A stretch of 64,000 nucleotides of DNA from Chitinivibrionales bacterium (GCA_035516255.1 DATJAL010000016.1:80629-144628), one strand, 5' to 3'. Shown: positions 21,468-31,717, counted from the stretch's first letter. The notes: generated by a model not told the origin, from the sequence alone. Numbers and translations are program-made.

Positions 21468-22011
21468 CCGCCCCGCCGCCAAGGGCGGTTTCACCATCAT
21501 TGAATTCATTGTCGCGATTGTCATATCCGGCATCGCGATCTCGCTCGCCTTATTTTCCTGGACCTTCATCTCGCGCCACACCACGCTCCAGAAGCGCAAG
21601 AGTGCCTTTTATGCGCAGACCGAGCAGGCAGCCGCGCTCATTTCCAACGACATCAGGACATCGCCCCAGGTGATCTATTTCAACGACCAAGGCATCACGT
21701 TCTTGTCCCGCGGCAACGGCGACACCGTCACCTATCGGCTCGACAGCGACACGCTGCGGAAAAACGACACGGCGGTGCGGTATTTCAGCGAGGGCGCGAT
21801 CCCGGTGAAATTCTCCATTGAAAAGGACCAAACCGCTCCCCTGCCTTCCCCTTCCCGCGCCGATTCATGCGCACCGCAGGACATCGCGCTCATCATCACG
21901 CTCGGTGCGAAGGACCGGACAGGGCTGACGAGCGAGATACGAAGCAGGGTGAAAATCAGGTATACCGTGGAGGAGGGGGTTGAATACAGCAGGGCAAAAT
22001 GGAACTATTGA
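21445..22011 (+). CDS. Minor pseudopilin (prepilin-type N-terminal cleavage/methylation domain)
   Basis: KGG/FTIIEFIVAIVISGIAISLALF is a classic GFTxxE motif followed by a hydrophobic helix. Confidence 0.7.
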   Translation: MIMRPRPSRPAAKGGFTIIEFIVAIVISGIAISLALFSWTFISRHTTLQKRKSAFYAQTEQAAALISNDIRTSPQVIYFNDQGITFLSRGNGDTVTYRLDSDTLRKNDTAVRYFSEGAIPVKFSIEKDQTAPLPSPSRADSCAPQDIALIITLGAKDRTGLTSEIRSRVKIRYTVEEGVEYSRAKWNY

Positions 22012-22038
22012 TATAAAAAAAATATTCGCCGGCGTGTT

Positions 22039-24057
22039 TTATTGCTGCTTTTTCCGTTTTTCCAATAAAAACATCTTTAAAAACATCGCCTCCGCAAAAT
22101 CAAGATAATCCTGGTTCGCCTTCCGCCGTATGCCGTGTCCTTCGTCCTTCGCCACGATTGACCATACCACTCCGCCGTTTGCCCGCACGGCTCCCGCCAT
22201 TTGTTCTGATTCGTAAAGTGGGACGCGCGGATCGTTCGCGCCCTGGAATATAAAAAGCGGGCACCTGATGCGGGTCGCGCCGGTCAGCGGGGAAATGCGC
22301 AGGAGAAATGCGCGCATGGCGGTGTCGCGCTCGTCGCCGTACTCGGCGCGGCGCAGATCACGGCGGTACGGCGCGGTGCGTTCAAGGAACGTCACAAAAT
22401 TACAGATGCCGTACCGGTCAATCCCCGCAGTAAGCCCGTTGCCGTACCGGATAAGCGAGGCGAGCGCGACGTAGCCGCCGTACGATCCGCCCGAGATCGC
22501 GACGGCCGACGCGTCGAGGTCAGGCCTGGTGGCAACCCAATCGAGCAGCGCGCCGACGTCCTTCACCGCGTCCTCGCGCCTGTACCCGTTGTCAAGAGAC
22601 AGCCATTCCTTGCCGTAGCCGCCGGAGCCGCGGATATTGGGTGCCAGAACGCACAGTCCGAGATCACACACGTCATACTGTAGGTCGGGCTTGAAATAGG
22701 GCCAGAACTGGCTTTCGGGCCCGCCGTGGACATCGATGAGCACCGGGAAGGGGCCCCGCTTGTTTTTCGGTTTGTAAACGAAACAGGGAACGGTGCGCGT
22801 TACTCCGCCGGCGCTGTCGAACGTCGGATATTCCACGAGTTCCGGCGTCACGAGCGCGTTCGAATCGAGTCCGCCGAGCCCGCTCGCGGTCCATCGGACA
22901 AGCGAAAAGTCGGAAAGCCGCAGGGAAAAAGCCTCTTCGGGTTGCCGCGCCGTCGTGATGGTCATGCCGAGCCGCTCACCCGAAGGATCAAACTTGAGTC
23001 CGTAAATCCCTCCCCGGGGAAGTCCCGGAACCTCCCTGTAGGCAAACGTGGCGGTATTCATGATATACACATGCGAGTACCCGTGCTGGTTGGTCTGGAA
23101 CGCGAGCCGGGAGCGGTCCCGCGACATTTCGATTTCGCGCACGTCCCAGGGAATTGATGCGGAAAGCACGGTCTCGCGCCGCGAGGCGACATCAAAGTAC
23201 CGCAGCGTCCGGAAATCCGTGCGCTCGTCGGAGGTGAGAAATATCCCGCGGCCGTCCGGACCCCACGCGCCGATCTCCTGCGACACCGTATCGAGCGTGT
23301 CATGCAGGGGCGCACAGGCGCCCGTCTTGAGGTTGCACGCGTAAAGATACGACGCCGTTCTTGAAAGGTAATGCAGCAGCAGCAGGAGGCTGTCGCCGGG
23401 CGACCAGTCCACCGCCGACCATGAACCCGTCGCCTCCACGAGGGGTCTGACGGACCCGGAGTTCCGGATATCGCATAAGTAAATGCCGAAATCCCTGCCG
23501 TTTCTTCTGTTGCTGTGGAAGGCGAACCGGTCGCCCGCGTTCGACCAGACGATTCCCTCGTTTTGCGCCGCGCCGGAAGTGATACGCGCCGGCGAGCGCT
23601 CGCCGAAAGAAAGCGAGTAGATCTGGAAATTCTCGTCGCCGCCGCTGTCCTTGGTGAACAGCAGCATCCGGCGCGATGAATCCGGGCACACGGCCACGTT
23701 CGTGACGGGTTCGCCAAGAAAGGTGAGCTGCTTGGCCGGCGCTCCGGGGGAAGCAACAAAAAGAACTTGGTTGATCTGTTTGACGCGGGAGACCACAACC
23801 ATTCCGCTGCCGCCCGGCGCCCAGCCCGCGAATGACGCGAAGTTCCAGCTACGGTAGCGCGAAACCGCCCGCGCAAGGGAATCCGGAATTGGCGGTATGC
23901 CCCGGACCGAGAGGGAGGGGGGAGGACGCGTAACGGAGATGCCGTTATGCACGCAGGAGACGAGTGCTCCTGCGGCGAAACAAGGGAGTACAAAAAGCCG
24001 CAACAGTTTTCCACATGGCATCGGCCCAAAATGCATCCGCATGCTTTGGATGTTCAT
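22039..24057 (-). CDS. S9-family serine peptidase (prolyl oligopeptidase/DPP type) with an N-terminal beta-propeller
   Basis: 672 aa with a lipoprotein-like signal. TolB/WD40-like propeller repeats are followed by the catalytic GGSYGGY (GxSxGG) motif and later D and H regions (...GANDPRV...DEGHG). Confidence 0.85.
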   Translation of the reverse strand: MNIQSMRMHFGPMPCGKLLRLFVLPCFAAGALVSCVHNGISVTRPPPSLSVRGIPPIPDSLARAVSRYRSWNFASFAGWAPGGSGMVVVSRVKQINQVLFVASPGAPAKQLTFLGEPVTNVAVCPDSSRRMLLFTKDSGGDENFQIYSLSFGERSPARITSGAAQNEGIVWSNAGDRFAFHSNRRNGRDFGIYLCDIRNSGSVRPLVEATGSWSAVDWSPGDSLLLLLHYLSRTASYLYACNLKTGACAPLHDTLDTVSQEIGAWGPDGRGIFLTSDERTDFRTLRYFDVASRRETVLSASIPWDVREIEMSRDRSRLAFQTNQHGYSHVYIMNTATFAYREVPGLPRGGIYGLKFDPSGERLGMTITTARQPEEAFSLRLSDFSLVRWTASGLGGLDSNALVTPELVEYPTFDSAGGVTRTVPCFVYKPKNKRGPFPVLIDVHGGPESQFWPYFKPDLQYDVCDLGLCVLAPNIRGSGGYGKEWLSLDNGYRREDAVKDVGALLDWVATRPDLDASAVAISGGSYGGYVALASLIRYGNGLTAGIDRYGICNFVTFLERTAPYRRDLRRAEYGDERDTAMRAFLLRISPLTGATRIRCPLFIFQGANDPRVPLYESEQMAGAVRANGGVVWSIVAKDEGHGIRRKANQDYLDFAEAMFLKMFLLEKRKKQQ

Positions 24058-24189
24058 GAATGGAAAAATAAAGGATGGAAGGAGAGAAACGGAGGCGAAT
24101 GCGCAGTAAAAGACCTCAGGACGGCGATTCGTTGATGCAAAGACCGGAAACCGGCTTCCTGTTTGCCGAGAATTCCGCCTTTTATTACC

Positions 24190-24218
24190 TTGACAATATC
24201 CAACAAAATCGATATATT
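24190..24218 (+). promoter_or_regulatory. Sigma70-like promoter candidate (TTGACA-17-TATATT) for the pilin gene
   Basis: Hexamers at 24190-24195 and 24213-24218. This implies a leader of about 155 nt before the 24380 ATG. Confidence 0.4.
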
Positions 24219-24379
24219 ATAGGGTAAGGATGGCCTCCGGAAAAGGCGTGTAAAAAGCGGCATGCACCCCTGATAGTCCGTGTGTACAGCTCAGGTTCTT
24301 TACATGGGAGTTCATTCGGTTATGATCGCGGTCCCTTCTTTTTAAAATAATATTTCCTGTTTCCTTTACAGGAGCGCGA

Positions 24380-24805
24380 ATGTGGACCCGTCGGGCGGCT
24401 GGTTTCACCCTCATTGAACTCATGACCGTTATCCTTATTATCGGCCTTCTGGCTGCGGTCGTGATCCCCAAGTTTTTAAGCGCCTCGGAAAAGGCGAAGG
24501 CCTCTGAATTCCCCGTAATGTTGAACGCCATGTATACGGGGCAGATCTCCTATCACCTCGAACACGGCCTCTATGCGAATGACGTTCAGATTTTAAAGGA
24601 TTCGGCCGGGATAGACATCGCGTCGTCGGGCAAGTGGTTCGGCTATTCGTTGCCGGTTGCGACGACCACGAGCTTTTCCGGAAAGGCACAGGTAAACGTA
24701 CCCGGGTTTGGAAATGCCCTCCCTTCAGACACTGCCGGAATAAACCAGGATAATTTGAAAAGCTGCTCTTCCAATCTGGAAAGGTACTGTCCAAATTGGA
24801 AATAA
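24380..24805 (+). CDS. Type IV pilin / T2SS major pseudopilin-like protein
   Basis: 141 aa. AAG/FTLIELMTVILIIGLLAAVVIPKF is a canonical prepilin leader followed by a hydrophobic alpha1 helix. RBS is CAGGAG. Confidence 0.8.
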   Translation: MWTRRAAGFTLIELMTVILIIGLLAAVVIPKFLSASEKAKASEFPVMLNAMYTGQISYHLEHGLYANDVQILKDSAGIDIASSGKWFGYSLPVATTTSFSGKAQVNVPGFGNALPSDTAGINQDNLKSCSSNLERYCPNWK

Positions 24806-24845
24806 TCATTTGATAGTTACTAAAAGATGATCAGACAACGACAGG

Positions 24846-25166
24846 TTAATTCTCCCTTTTCACGTCCATATTATTGAGCGCCTCGATCAATGCCTTGAAT
24901 TTCGAGTGCGGTTCGTGACCGCCGCCGTACCCTACCGCAAACAACGGGCCCCGGCTTAATTTGCATGCCGTAATCAGGAACCAGTTAAGCTCATTCAATT
25001 CCTTTCGCATTCTTGCCTGCTGTTCAAACAGCACGTTGAACCCCAGAGACTCGAGAAAGGACTGCTCCACGTCGAGTTTGTCGGTGAACCTTTTACCGGA
25101 ATTGACCTGTGAAAGGTTGTCTTTGTAAAATGCGTCAAGATTATTGATATATTCTTGGGTGGGCAT
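24846..25166 (-). CDS. Hypothetical protein (106 aa)
   Basis: ATG preceded by GGAGGTG. Lower GC. No family recognised. It is the second gene of a two-gene minus-strand unit. Confidence 0.4.
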   Translation of the reverse strand: MPTQEYINNLDAFYKDNLSQVNSGKRFTDKLDVEQSFLESLGFNVLFEQQARMRKELNELNWFLITACKLSRGPLFAVGYGGGHEPHSKFKALIEALNNMDVKREN

Positions 25167-25243
25167 GGCACCTCCGGAAATTATTGTTTCCGTGCTTCCC
25201 CGTTTTATCTTGCCCGTTCATCAAGACTTCCGGGTCTCCATTC

Positions 25244-25603
25244 TCATTCCAGCAGGAAATAAATCTTTGAACAGTAAAAGTGGATATCCGCACAGGTGCA
25301 GGTCGCTTTTTTTCTTTTTCCCTGACGCACGTTGCAGATCGCCGCCGGCGGGAGAATGCAGGTCTCGCCGGTAAATTCCTTTTTTACCCTTTCGTGGAGT
25401 TTGTTGTAGTCTTCCCCGAATGCAACGGCAGTAAGGCGACGCCTTTGTTTTTCGTCCATTCTTCCGATTTTCTCAACGGTCGCATTTGCTTTACTTTTAA
25501 GAATTATCGTCCTCAACCCGGCTGCGGGTTCCCACTTTTTCAACGTGTCTGCGCGCAACGCGATTTGGTTGGCCATCGGGCCGTCGTCTTTCTTGTTTTT
25601 CAT
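25244..25603 (-). CDS. Hypothetical basic protein with a Cys-rich tail (119 aa)
   Basis: ORF with an AT-rich upstream region. The C-terminus is ...GETCILPPAAICNVRQGKRKKATCTCADIHFYC. No family recognised, and the exact end is uncertain. Confidence 0.35.
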   Translation of the reverse strand: MKNKKDDGPMANQIALRADTLKKWEPAAGLRTIILKSKANATVEKIGRMDEKQRRRLTAVAFGEDYNKLHERVKKEFTGETCILPPAAICNVRQGKRKKATCTCADIHFYCSKIYFLLE

Positions 25604-25632
25604 TTTATTATAAATTAAAATTCAGGGTAATG

Positions 25633-25651
25633 CGACGAAATCGATTTCGCC
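25633..25651. promoter_or_regulatory. Palindromic motif CGACGAAATCGATTTCGCC (copy 1 of 2)
   Basis: Contains the perfect 14-bp palindrome CGAAATCGATTTCG, 30-50 nt upstream of the 25603 start. The second copy at 30323-30341 matches at 18 of 19 positions. Confidence 0.45.
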
Positions 25652-25800
25652 CGGCGAGGGGAGAAAATACGGTCTTATGTTACTCCAAGCATGCCAAGGA
25701 ATTACACGCACGGGCCGAAACGGGGCTTTTATAATTTTTTCATTTTTACAGGCTGGAATAATTATGCGCCGTAATTAGTTCGGAATTTTTCTTTACCGGA

Positions 25801-26877
25801 TCAACGTACCGGCTTCCCGCTAAACTCATCGAAAATCTCCTCGAATTTCCTGTTGTTCCTGCGGAACATGTCGAGGATCGCAGGATCGAAATGCGAGGGC
25901 ATGGTGCGGCCGTCGCCCTTGGTGATGATCTCCACGGCCTTTACATGGTCGAACGCGGGCTTATACGGCCGCCGGCTCCTGAGGGCGTCGTAGACATCGG
26001 CGAGATTCATGATCCGCGCCGACAGGGGAATGGCGGCCTTTGCGAGCCCTCTGGGATATCCGGTGCCGTCCCACCGCTCGTGGTGGGCCACGGCGATCTC
26101 CTCGCCCATTTTAAGGTACGGTGACTTGCAGTTGCCGAGGATTTTGCCGCCAAGGGCGGCGTGCGCCTTCATGACCTCCCATTCCTGCGGTGTAAAGCCG
26201 CCGGGCTTGAGCAGGATATTGTCGGGGATGCCTATCTTGCCGATGTCATGCATGGGGCTCGAGAAGAATAACCGGTCGCTAAAGTCCGCGTCGCTCCCGA
26301 GCATGAGGGCGATCTCCTTGCAGTAGAAGCTGATGCGCTCAAGGTGGTCGGCCGTGTCTTTATCCTTGTACTCCGCGGCACGGGTCATCGCCACAATGGT
26401 CTCGAGGTAGTTCTGTTTAAGGTCGGCGGTACGCTGCACCACTTTCTCCTCGAGCATCTCGTTATAGTGCTGCAGTTCCTTGTGCAGGAGGCGCACCTCG
26501 AGCATGTTGTATACCCGCATTTGCAGCTCGGCGGGCTCAAAGGGCTTCGGCAGAAAATCCTTTGCGCCCGACTGCAGCGCTCGTATCTTCTTGTCAAGTT
26601 CCCCGGTGATCACCACCACCGGCAGATATCCCGAGGAGTCGATGGCCTTGAGCTTAGCCATCACCGCGAACCCGTCCATGCCCGGCATCATGAGATCGAG
26701 CAGGATGAGATCGTAGTTGTTCTCCGCATGAAGCGGCGCAACAACCCGCGGGTCCGACGAGGTGTCCACGGCCTGGTAGCCGGCCTCTGTCAGGATGCGC
26801 TTTATCAACTCAACCTCAAATTCCTCATCGTCAACGACAAGGATCCTGCTCTTGAGAATCTCGGTTTTTCCTACCAT
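25801..26877 (-). CDS. Response regulator with an HD-GYP phosphodiesterase domain (RpfG-type)
   Basis: Receiver ([32 protein letters not shown]) plus HD-GYP motifs ([26 protein letters not shown]). Confidence 0.9.
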   Translation of the reverse strand: MVGKTEILKSRILVVDDEEFEVELIKRILTEAGYQAVDTSSDPRVVAPLHAENNYDLILLDLMMPGMDGFAVMAKLKAIDSSGYLPVVVITGELDKKIRALQSGAKDFLPKPFEPAELQMRVYNMLEVRLLHKELQHYNEMLEEKVVQRTADLKQNYLETIVAMTRAAEYKDKDTADHLERISFYCKEIALMLGSDADFSDRLFFSSPMHDIGKIGIPDNILLKPGGFTPQEWEVMKAHAALGGKILGNCKSPYLKMGEEIAVAHHERWDGTGYPRGLAKAAIPLSARIMNLADVYDALRSRRPYKPAFDHVKAVEIITKGDGRTMPSHFDPAILDMFRRNNRKFEEIFDEFSGKPVR

Positions 26878-26944
26878 CGTGCGTCAAGGCCTTTCTTGTT
26901 CTTGTCAATGAGTTGCTTGCTGACTTTTTTGTTTCTCACCCTCG

Positions 26945-29900
26945 TTATTGCTTCTTCCCCAATACCTCCCGAACCGCGACAAGAAGGTCCGGGATCGTAT
27001 AGGGCTTTTGTAAAAAGCGGAAGTTCTTGTTTTTAATAAAATCCCGGTTCGCCTTTTCGTCGGTATAGCCGCTGGAAAACAGCACCTTTATGGCTCCGCG
27101 CTTGAGCAGTTCGTCCACGAGCTCGACCCCGCTTTGATCGGGAAGCCCCACGTCGGTGAACACCAGGTCGAATTTCCGGTTCTCCTTTTCAAATACCCGC
27201 AGTGCTTCTTTGGCCGAAGGCACGGGAAAAACCACATAACCGTTTGTCGAGAGTATCTCTTGGGCGAGAAAGCGCACCTCCTCGTGGTCTTCCACGAGCA
27301 GGACGCGTTCGCCGCCGCCTTTAAACTCGGCGGTGATCACCTTTTTACCGTTTTTTTGCTCAGGGTGAACGGTGGAAGTGGGGAAATACATGGTAAACGA
27401 GGTTCCTGCTCCGGGCCTGCTTTCGACGTTGACCCATCCCTTATGCTGCTGCACGATCCCGAACACGACCGACAGTCCCAGCCCAGTTCCCTTGCCCTTT
27501 TCCTTTGTTGTAAAGAACGGTTCGTAGAGGTGCTCGAGGATCTTTTCATCCATACCGGTTCCCGTATCCGTGATGGCGAGGCGGACAAAATCGCCCTGTC
27601 TGCCGTTGCTGTGCGCCCTGCAATAGGCTTCATCGATTTTTACATTCTCGGTTGTAATGCACAATTTCCCGCCCGCCGGCATGGCATCGCGCGCGTTGAT
27701 CGCGAGGTTCATGATCACCTGCTCGATGCTGCCCTCGTCCCCGTAAATCGGCCACAGGTCATCCGCCGCCTTGATCTCGATGGTGATGTCCTCGCCGATG
27801 AGACGCTCGAGCATCTTGGCAAGCGACTTCACAGTGCTGTTGAGGTTGAGCGGCACCGGCTCAATGGGCTGCTTCCGGCTGAAAAGCAGGAGCTGGCGCA
27901 CCACGTTCGCGGCTTTTGCCGCCGCATTGCTCACCATGGTCAGGTCGCGGTACATGGGATCGGACTCGTTGAGCTTGGCCATGGCCAGGCTGGAATACCC
28001 GGAAATCGCCGACAGCAGGTTGTTGAAATCGTGCGCCACCCCGCCCGCCAGCCTGCCAACGGCTTCCATCTTCTGGGCCTGGAGAAATTGCGCCTGGAGC
28101 TTTTCCTTTTCCTGTTCGGCCAGCTTGCCTGCGGTGATGTCGGTGAGGAAATTCAGGGAAGCGGGCTTGCCTTCCCACTGGATCAGCACGGCCGCGTTGT
28201 TGACCCACAGGATTTTGCCGTCCAGTCCCACCACTCTAAACTCGTATCGGTCGGGCACCGCCTCGCCGCGCATCCGTTGCTGATACCGATCCGCGATAAA
28301 CCCGCGGTCCTCCGGATGCACCAATTCCAAAAAAGAAAGGCCGATAAGGTCTGTCTCTTTGGCATTGAGAATGCGCAGCGTTCTCGGGTTTGCATACGCG
28401 AGTTTCCCGTCCCGCACAACGATGATGCCCTCGTTTGCGTTTTCGACCACCATCCGGTATTTCTTTTCACTCTCCTGCAGGATCTCCAGGGCCCGCTTGC
28501 GCTCCGTGATGTCTTGGTTGACGCCGTACGTTTTGATTGTTTTGCCGCTTTGGTCCTTGACAATAAAGAACCTAACGGCGATGTGCCCGATTCCGCCGTC
28601 GGCATAGCGCATGCGGTGCTCCACGTAGCGGCTGAAATAAGGATCGTCGGTTTCTATCGCCTTGCGTGTCTCCTCGGCCACCTGATTCGAATCTTCCGGG
28701 TACACGAAACGTTTGGCATAATCGGCAATGGACATCCGGTAGCCGCCCATTTGCTCGGCAGTGGTATGGAAGATGGCGTAGAAACTGTCCGTAAACGTGA
28801 ATATTCCGCTGGCGACATCCAGTTCCCAGGTGCCCAGCCTGGCCATTTTTACCGCATTGGAAAGCTGCGATTCGCTTTTTCGCAGCGCTTCCTCGGCCCG
28901 CATTCGCTCGGTGATGTCGCGGAACACTCCCAGCAGATAGTGACGGCCGTTCAACTCGACATGCCCGACCCGAATTTCCACAGGGATTTCCTTGCCTGTT
29001 TTTGTAACGAGCCGGTCATGGTAGATCAGTTCCCCGCTGCTCGCAAGAGCCTCGACGAAACTTGGGGTCCGTCCGCCGGACAGCTTCTGGGGCGCGTGAA
29101 GGCTCGACTGGGGGTGGCCCACAATCTCCGACTTGTCACGCCCCGCTATTTCGCAGAAGGCCCGGTTGCAGTCGGTAAGCACGCCCGTTTCCGCGTCGGC
29201 AAGGGCGATGCCGTCCTTTGCGTGATCGAACACCATGCGGTAGCGTATCTCGTTTTCGGCGAGCGCATGCTCCGCTTTTGTCCTGGCAATGGCCATTGCC
29301 GCCTGCGCGGCAACGGTCTCAATCACCGAAGGGTTGGCAACGGCGCTTTGGCCGCGAAGAAAGATTGACACTCCGCCCAGGACCTTTGATTCCTTGACAA
29401 AACCGATAACATAAAAGGCCGACACGCCGAGGAGCTTTGCCATGGGTTGCATGACCGCTTCGGGCAATACATGCGCCAGATCGCCCAAACCCGTCTTTAC
29501 TTTCTCCAATTTACCAGTCAATAATGCCTGTCTGGCCTCGGGGCCGAAATCACCGGGAATTTCCAAGGGGTTCTTCCCGAGCATTTTTCTGACCATCTCC
29601 ATGACTTTTTCTAGCCCCATGATGCACTTGGGACGAAACTTGCCCGTGCCCTCGTCGAATTCGCTTACCGCCAGCACCGTATTCGGGGGTGTTATCTGCT
29701 CGAATTGTTCGCCGATGAGCCGGTATAGGTCTTTTTCCCTCGGCAGGTCACCCAGTTCCATTGCCGCATGGGAAACGAAAAGCAGGTCGCGAACGAGCTG
29801 CTGGAGCATGGACTCCGACCGCTTGCGCTCCGAAATGTCTTCGATCATCGCCAAGGAGTAAAGGGGTTTTCCCCCGACGCCATGGATGATGGCGACCGTC

Positions 29901-30238
29901 AGGGCGCCCCAAAACACATCCCCGTTTTTCTTGAGATAACGTTTTTCGGTTTTATAAAACGGAATTTTTCCCGTCCACAGGCTCTTGACTTTTTCATCAT
30001 CCTGCTGCCTATGGTCGGGATGGGTGATCTCTAAAAACGTCTTTTGAAGTACCTCCTTCTCGGTATACCCGAGCATGCGGCAAAATGCGCTGTTGGCGCG
30101 AATGAACTTTCCCGCCCGGTCCACCATCGTCATTCCCAGCGGTCCGTCTTCAAAAACCATCCTGAAACGCTCTTCGCTCGTCTGCAAGGTTGCCTCGAGC
30201 GATTTACTTCTATTCATGTTCGCATTGCTCTTCATCAC
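26945..30238 (-). CDS. Multi-PAS hybrid sensor histidine kinase
   Basis: 1097 aa. It has several PAS/PAC units (repeated ...ERKR.E..L..SE..YR...E), the HisKA H-box GGVAHDFNNLL, HATPase N/G boxes (NLAINARDAM, DTGTGM, GTGLGLS) and a C-terminal receiver (VLLVEDHEEV...DLVFTDVGLPD). Confidence 0.9.
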   Translation of the reverse strand: MMKSNANMNRSKSLEATLQTSEERFRMVFEDGPLGMTMVDRAGKFIRANSAFCRMLGYTEKEVLQKTFLEITHPDHRQQDDEKVKSLWTGKIPFYKTEKRYLKKNGDVFWGALTVAIIHGVGGKPLYSLAMIEDISERKRSESMLQQLVRDLLFVSHAAMELGDLPREKDLYRLIGEQFEQITPPNTVLAVSEFDEGTGKFRPKCIMGLEKVMEMVRKMLGKNPLEIPGDFGPEARQALLTGKLEKVKTGLGDLAHVLPEAVMQPMAKLLGVSAFYVIGFVKESKVLGGVSIFLRGQSAVANPSVIETVAAQAAMAIARTKAEHALAENEIRYRMVFDHAKDGIALADAETGVLTDCNRAFCEIAGRDKSEIVGHPQSSLHAPQKLSGGRTPSFVEALASSGELIYHDRLVTKTGKEIPVEIRVGHVELNGRHYLLGVFRDITERMRAEEALRKSESQLSNAVKMARLGTWELDVASGIFTFTDSFYAIFHTTAEQMGGYRMSIADYAKRFVYPEDSNQVAEETRKAIETDDPYFSRYVEHRMRYADGGIGHIAVRFFIVKDQSGKTIKTYGVNQDITERKRALEILQESEKKYRMVVENANEGIIVVRDGKLAYANPRTLRILNAKETDLIGLSFLELVHPEDRGFIADRYQQRMRGEAVPDRYEFRVVGLDGKILWVNNAAVLIQWEGKPASLNFLTDITAGKLAEQEKEKLQAQFLQAQKMEAVGRLAGGVAHDFNNLLSAISGYSSLAMAKLNESDPMYRDLTMVSNAAAKAANVVRQLLLFSRKQPIEPVPLNLNSTVKSLAKMLERLIGEDITIEIKAADDLWPIYGDEGSIEQVIMNLAINARDAMPAGGKLCITTENVKIDEAYCRAHSNGRQGDFVRLAITDTGTGMDEKILEHLYEPFFTTKEKGKGTGLGLSVVFGIVQQHKGWVNVESRPGAGTSFTMYFPTSTVHPEQKNGKKVITAEFKGGGERVLLVEDHEEVRFLAQEILSTNGYVVFPVPSAKEALRVFEKENRKFDLVFTDVGLPDQSGVELVDELLKRGAIKVLFSSGYTDEKANRDFIKNKNFRFLQKPYTIPDLLVAVREVLGKKQ

Positions 30239-30322
30239 GGGGAAATCCCTCGCCGTGGTCGTTTGCCTGGCTTTACCGGAAAAGACAAATCAATATATTA
30301 TACCAAATTTTTCGGGAAATAT

Positions 30323-30341
30323 CGACGAAATCTATTTCGCC
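30323..30341. promoter_or_regulatory. Palindromic motif CGACGAAATCTATTTCGCC (copy 2 of 2)
   Basis: Matches 25633-25651 at 18 of 19 positions. It spans the stop codon of the receiver gene and lies 85-105 nt upstream of the histidine kinase start. Confidence 0.4.
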
Positions 30342-31066
30342 GTGGCGGGATTGAACAACTTTTGGTACATCGGCAGGTTTTCTTCAAGAAATTTCATGGA
30401 ATTCCGGCAGAATTCACGGTCTTCGGCGGCCGGCGGGGATTTTCCGCTTATGGTTGCTTCGAGCATGCACCGCAGGGAATGGTAAAACGGTATCACAAAA
30501 GACGGCGGCAGTCCGGTTTGCATCGTGGAAATGTTCTGCAGCTGCCGCAGGGTGATGGACGCCCTCTCCGCCCACTCCTTGGGCTCGCGGATCAAGGGGT
30601 TTTTAAGCAGAAAAAGGATTTCCTTGCTTTTGGACACCGTTCCCTTGCAGAGAAGGGCCAGCGGCGCAAGGGCGCACACTTCCCTCACGAGCTTGGCGAT
30701 GCTGCCGCTCCCCTTGTCAATGACCGCTTCGGCCCCCAAACGGATCGCATCGGACGCGCTTTCCATGGAACCGATGCCGGAATAGACTACGGCAAACTGA
30801 AAATTGCCGTTCTCCTTGATAAGCGCCATGCCCTCGTCCTGTTTTCCGCCCAGGCACAGGTCAATGATCCAGCAATGCCACACGCCGCTGAATTTCGCAA
30901 TCGTCCTTCGCGCTTTGTCAATATCGGCGGCAGCGGTAACCGCGGTGAACGGCGTCGAAAACAGGTCTGCAAGCGTGACACGAAGGTTGTCATCGTCTTC
31001 GACAACGAGGATGTTGATCCGCCGGGAGAACAATTCGGAAACGTTTTTGGGAATTGAAATGGTCAT
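30332..31066 (-). CDS. Atypical response regulator (receiver plus an uncharacterised C-terminal domain)
   Basis: Receiver hallmarks: ILVVEDDD, HCWIIDLCLGG, VVYSGIGS, GAEAVIDK. The C-terminal domain has the same layout as 12230..13021 (PKEWAERASITLRQLQ vs VRDWAKEVDIFEVKLR). Confidence 0.55.
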   Translation of the reverse strand: MTISIPKNVSELFSRRINILVVEDDDNLRVTLADLFSTPFTAVTAAADIDKARRTIAKFSGVWHCWIIDLCLGGKQDEGMALIKENGNFQFAVVYSGIGSMESASDAIRLGAEAVIDKGSGSIAKLVREVCALAPLALLCKGTVSKSKEILFLLKNPLIREPKEWAERASITLRQLQNISTMQTGLPPSFVIPFYHSLRCMLEATISGKSPPAAEDREFCRNSMKFLEENLPMYQKLFNPATAK

Positions 31067-31480
31067 AACGACTCAACTCTTTTCGGTCGGACGACGCTGT
31101 TTGCCTGGCACTGCCCGCGTGTTCCCCGTGACTTGGCGCGGGGTTCTTCAATCGCGCATCAAATGTTTTTTCAGAAATGTAAACTCCGTCAGAATATAAG
31201 TATAATATAAATTGATCAAAATGACCATATGAACATCGTGAAAATTCCCGGCCGCGGGCCTGCGGCCGCCGCTTGACAAGAACGGGCACCCGCCAGCGGA
31301 TGCTTTCGGTACCTCGTCTTGCAATTTTCGTGAATTTGTTTCCCATTACTAAAATAGAAACCATTCATTCGGAATTGCATATATGGCTTTTCGCATATTA
31401 TTTTTACATTAAGAAAGAAAACATCGACCGCTTTTTCGCGCGGCGATTTTTCTTTTGAATGCGGGGGCGCCATTTAAACG

Positions 31481-31717
31481 GTGAAAAGAGCTATGGGGCA
31501 GAACAACGATTCTTCCGGGTCCGGCAAGGAAATGGAAGAAACGATCAAGGCCGAAATCGACGAGATTGAAAAATACAAGTGGTATCTCGGCGAACGTCTG
31601 GGCCACGATCCCCTCAACGACCGCTCCATGAACGAAATCTGCAAGGAGTGGATCGAGAAGCATGCCCAGGCCTTCCGCAAGCATTGGGAAGAGGAAAAAC
31701 GGAACACCTGCTCATAA
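31481..31717 (+). CDS. Small acidic hypothetical protein (about 75 aa)
   Basis: ORF with codon usage typical of the window. Contains the motif KYKWYLGERLGHDP. No family confidently recognised; the start could instead be the ATG at 31493. Confidence 0.4.
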   Translation: MKRAMGQNNDSSGSGKEMEETIKAEIDEIEKYKWYLGERLGHDPLNDRSMNEICKEWIEKHAQAFRKHWEEEKRNTCS

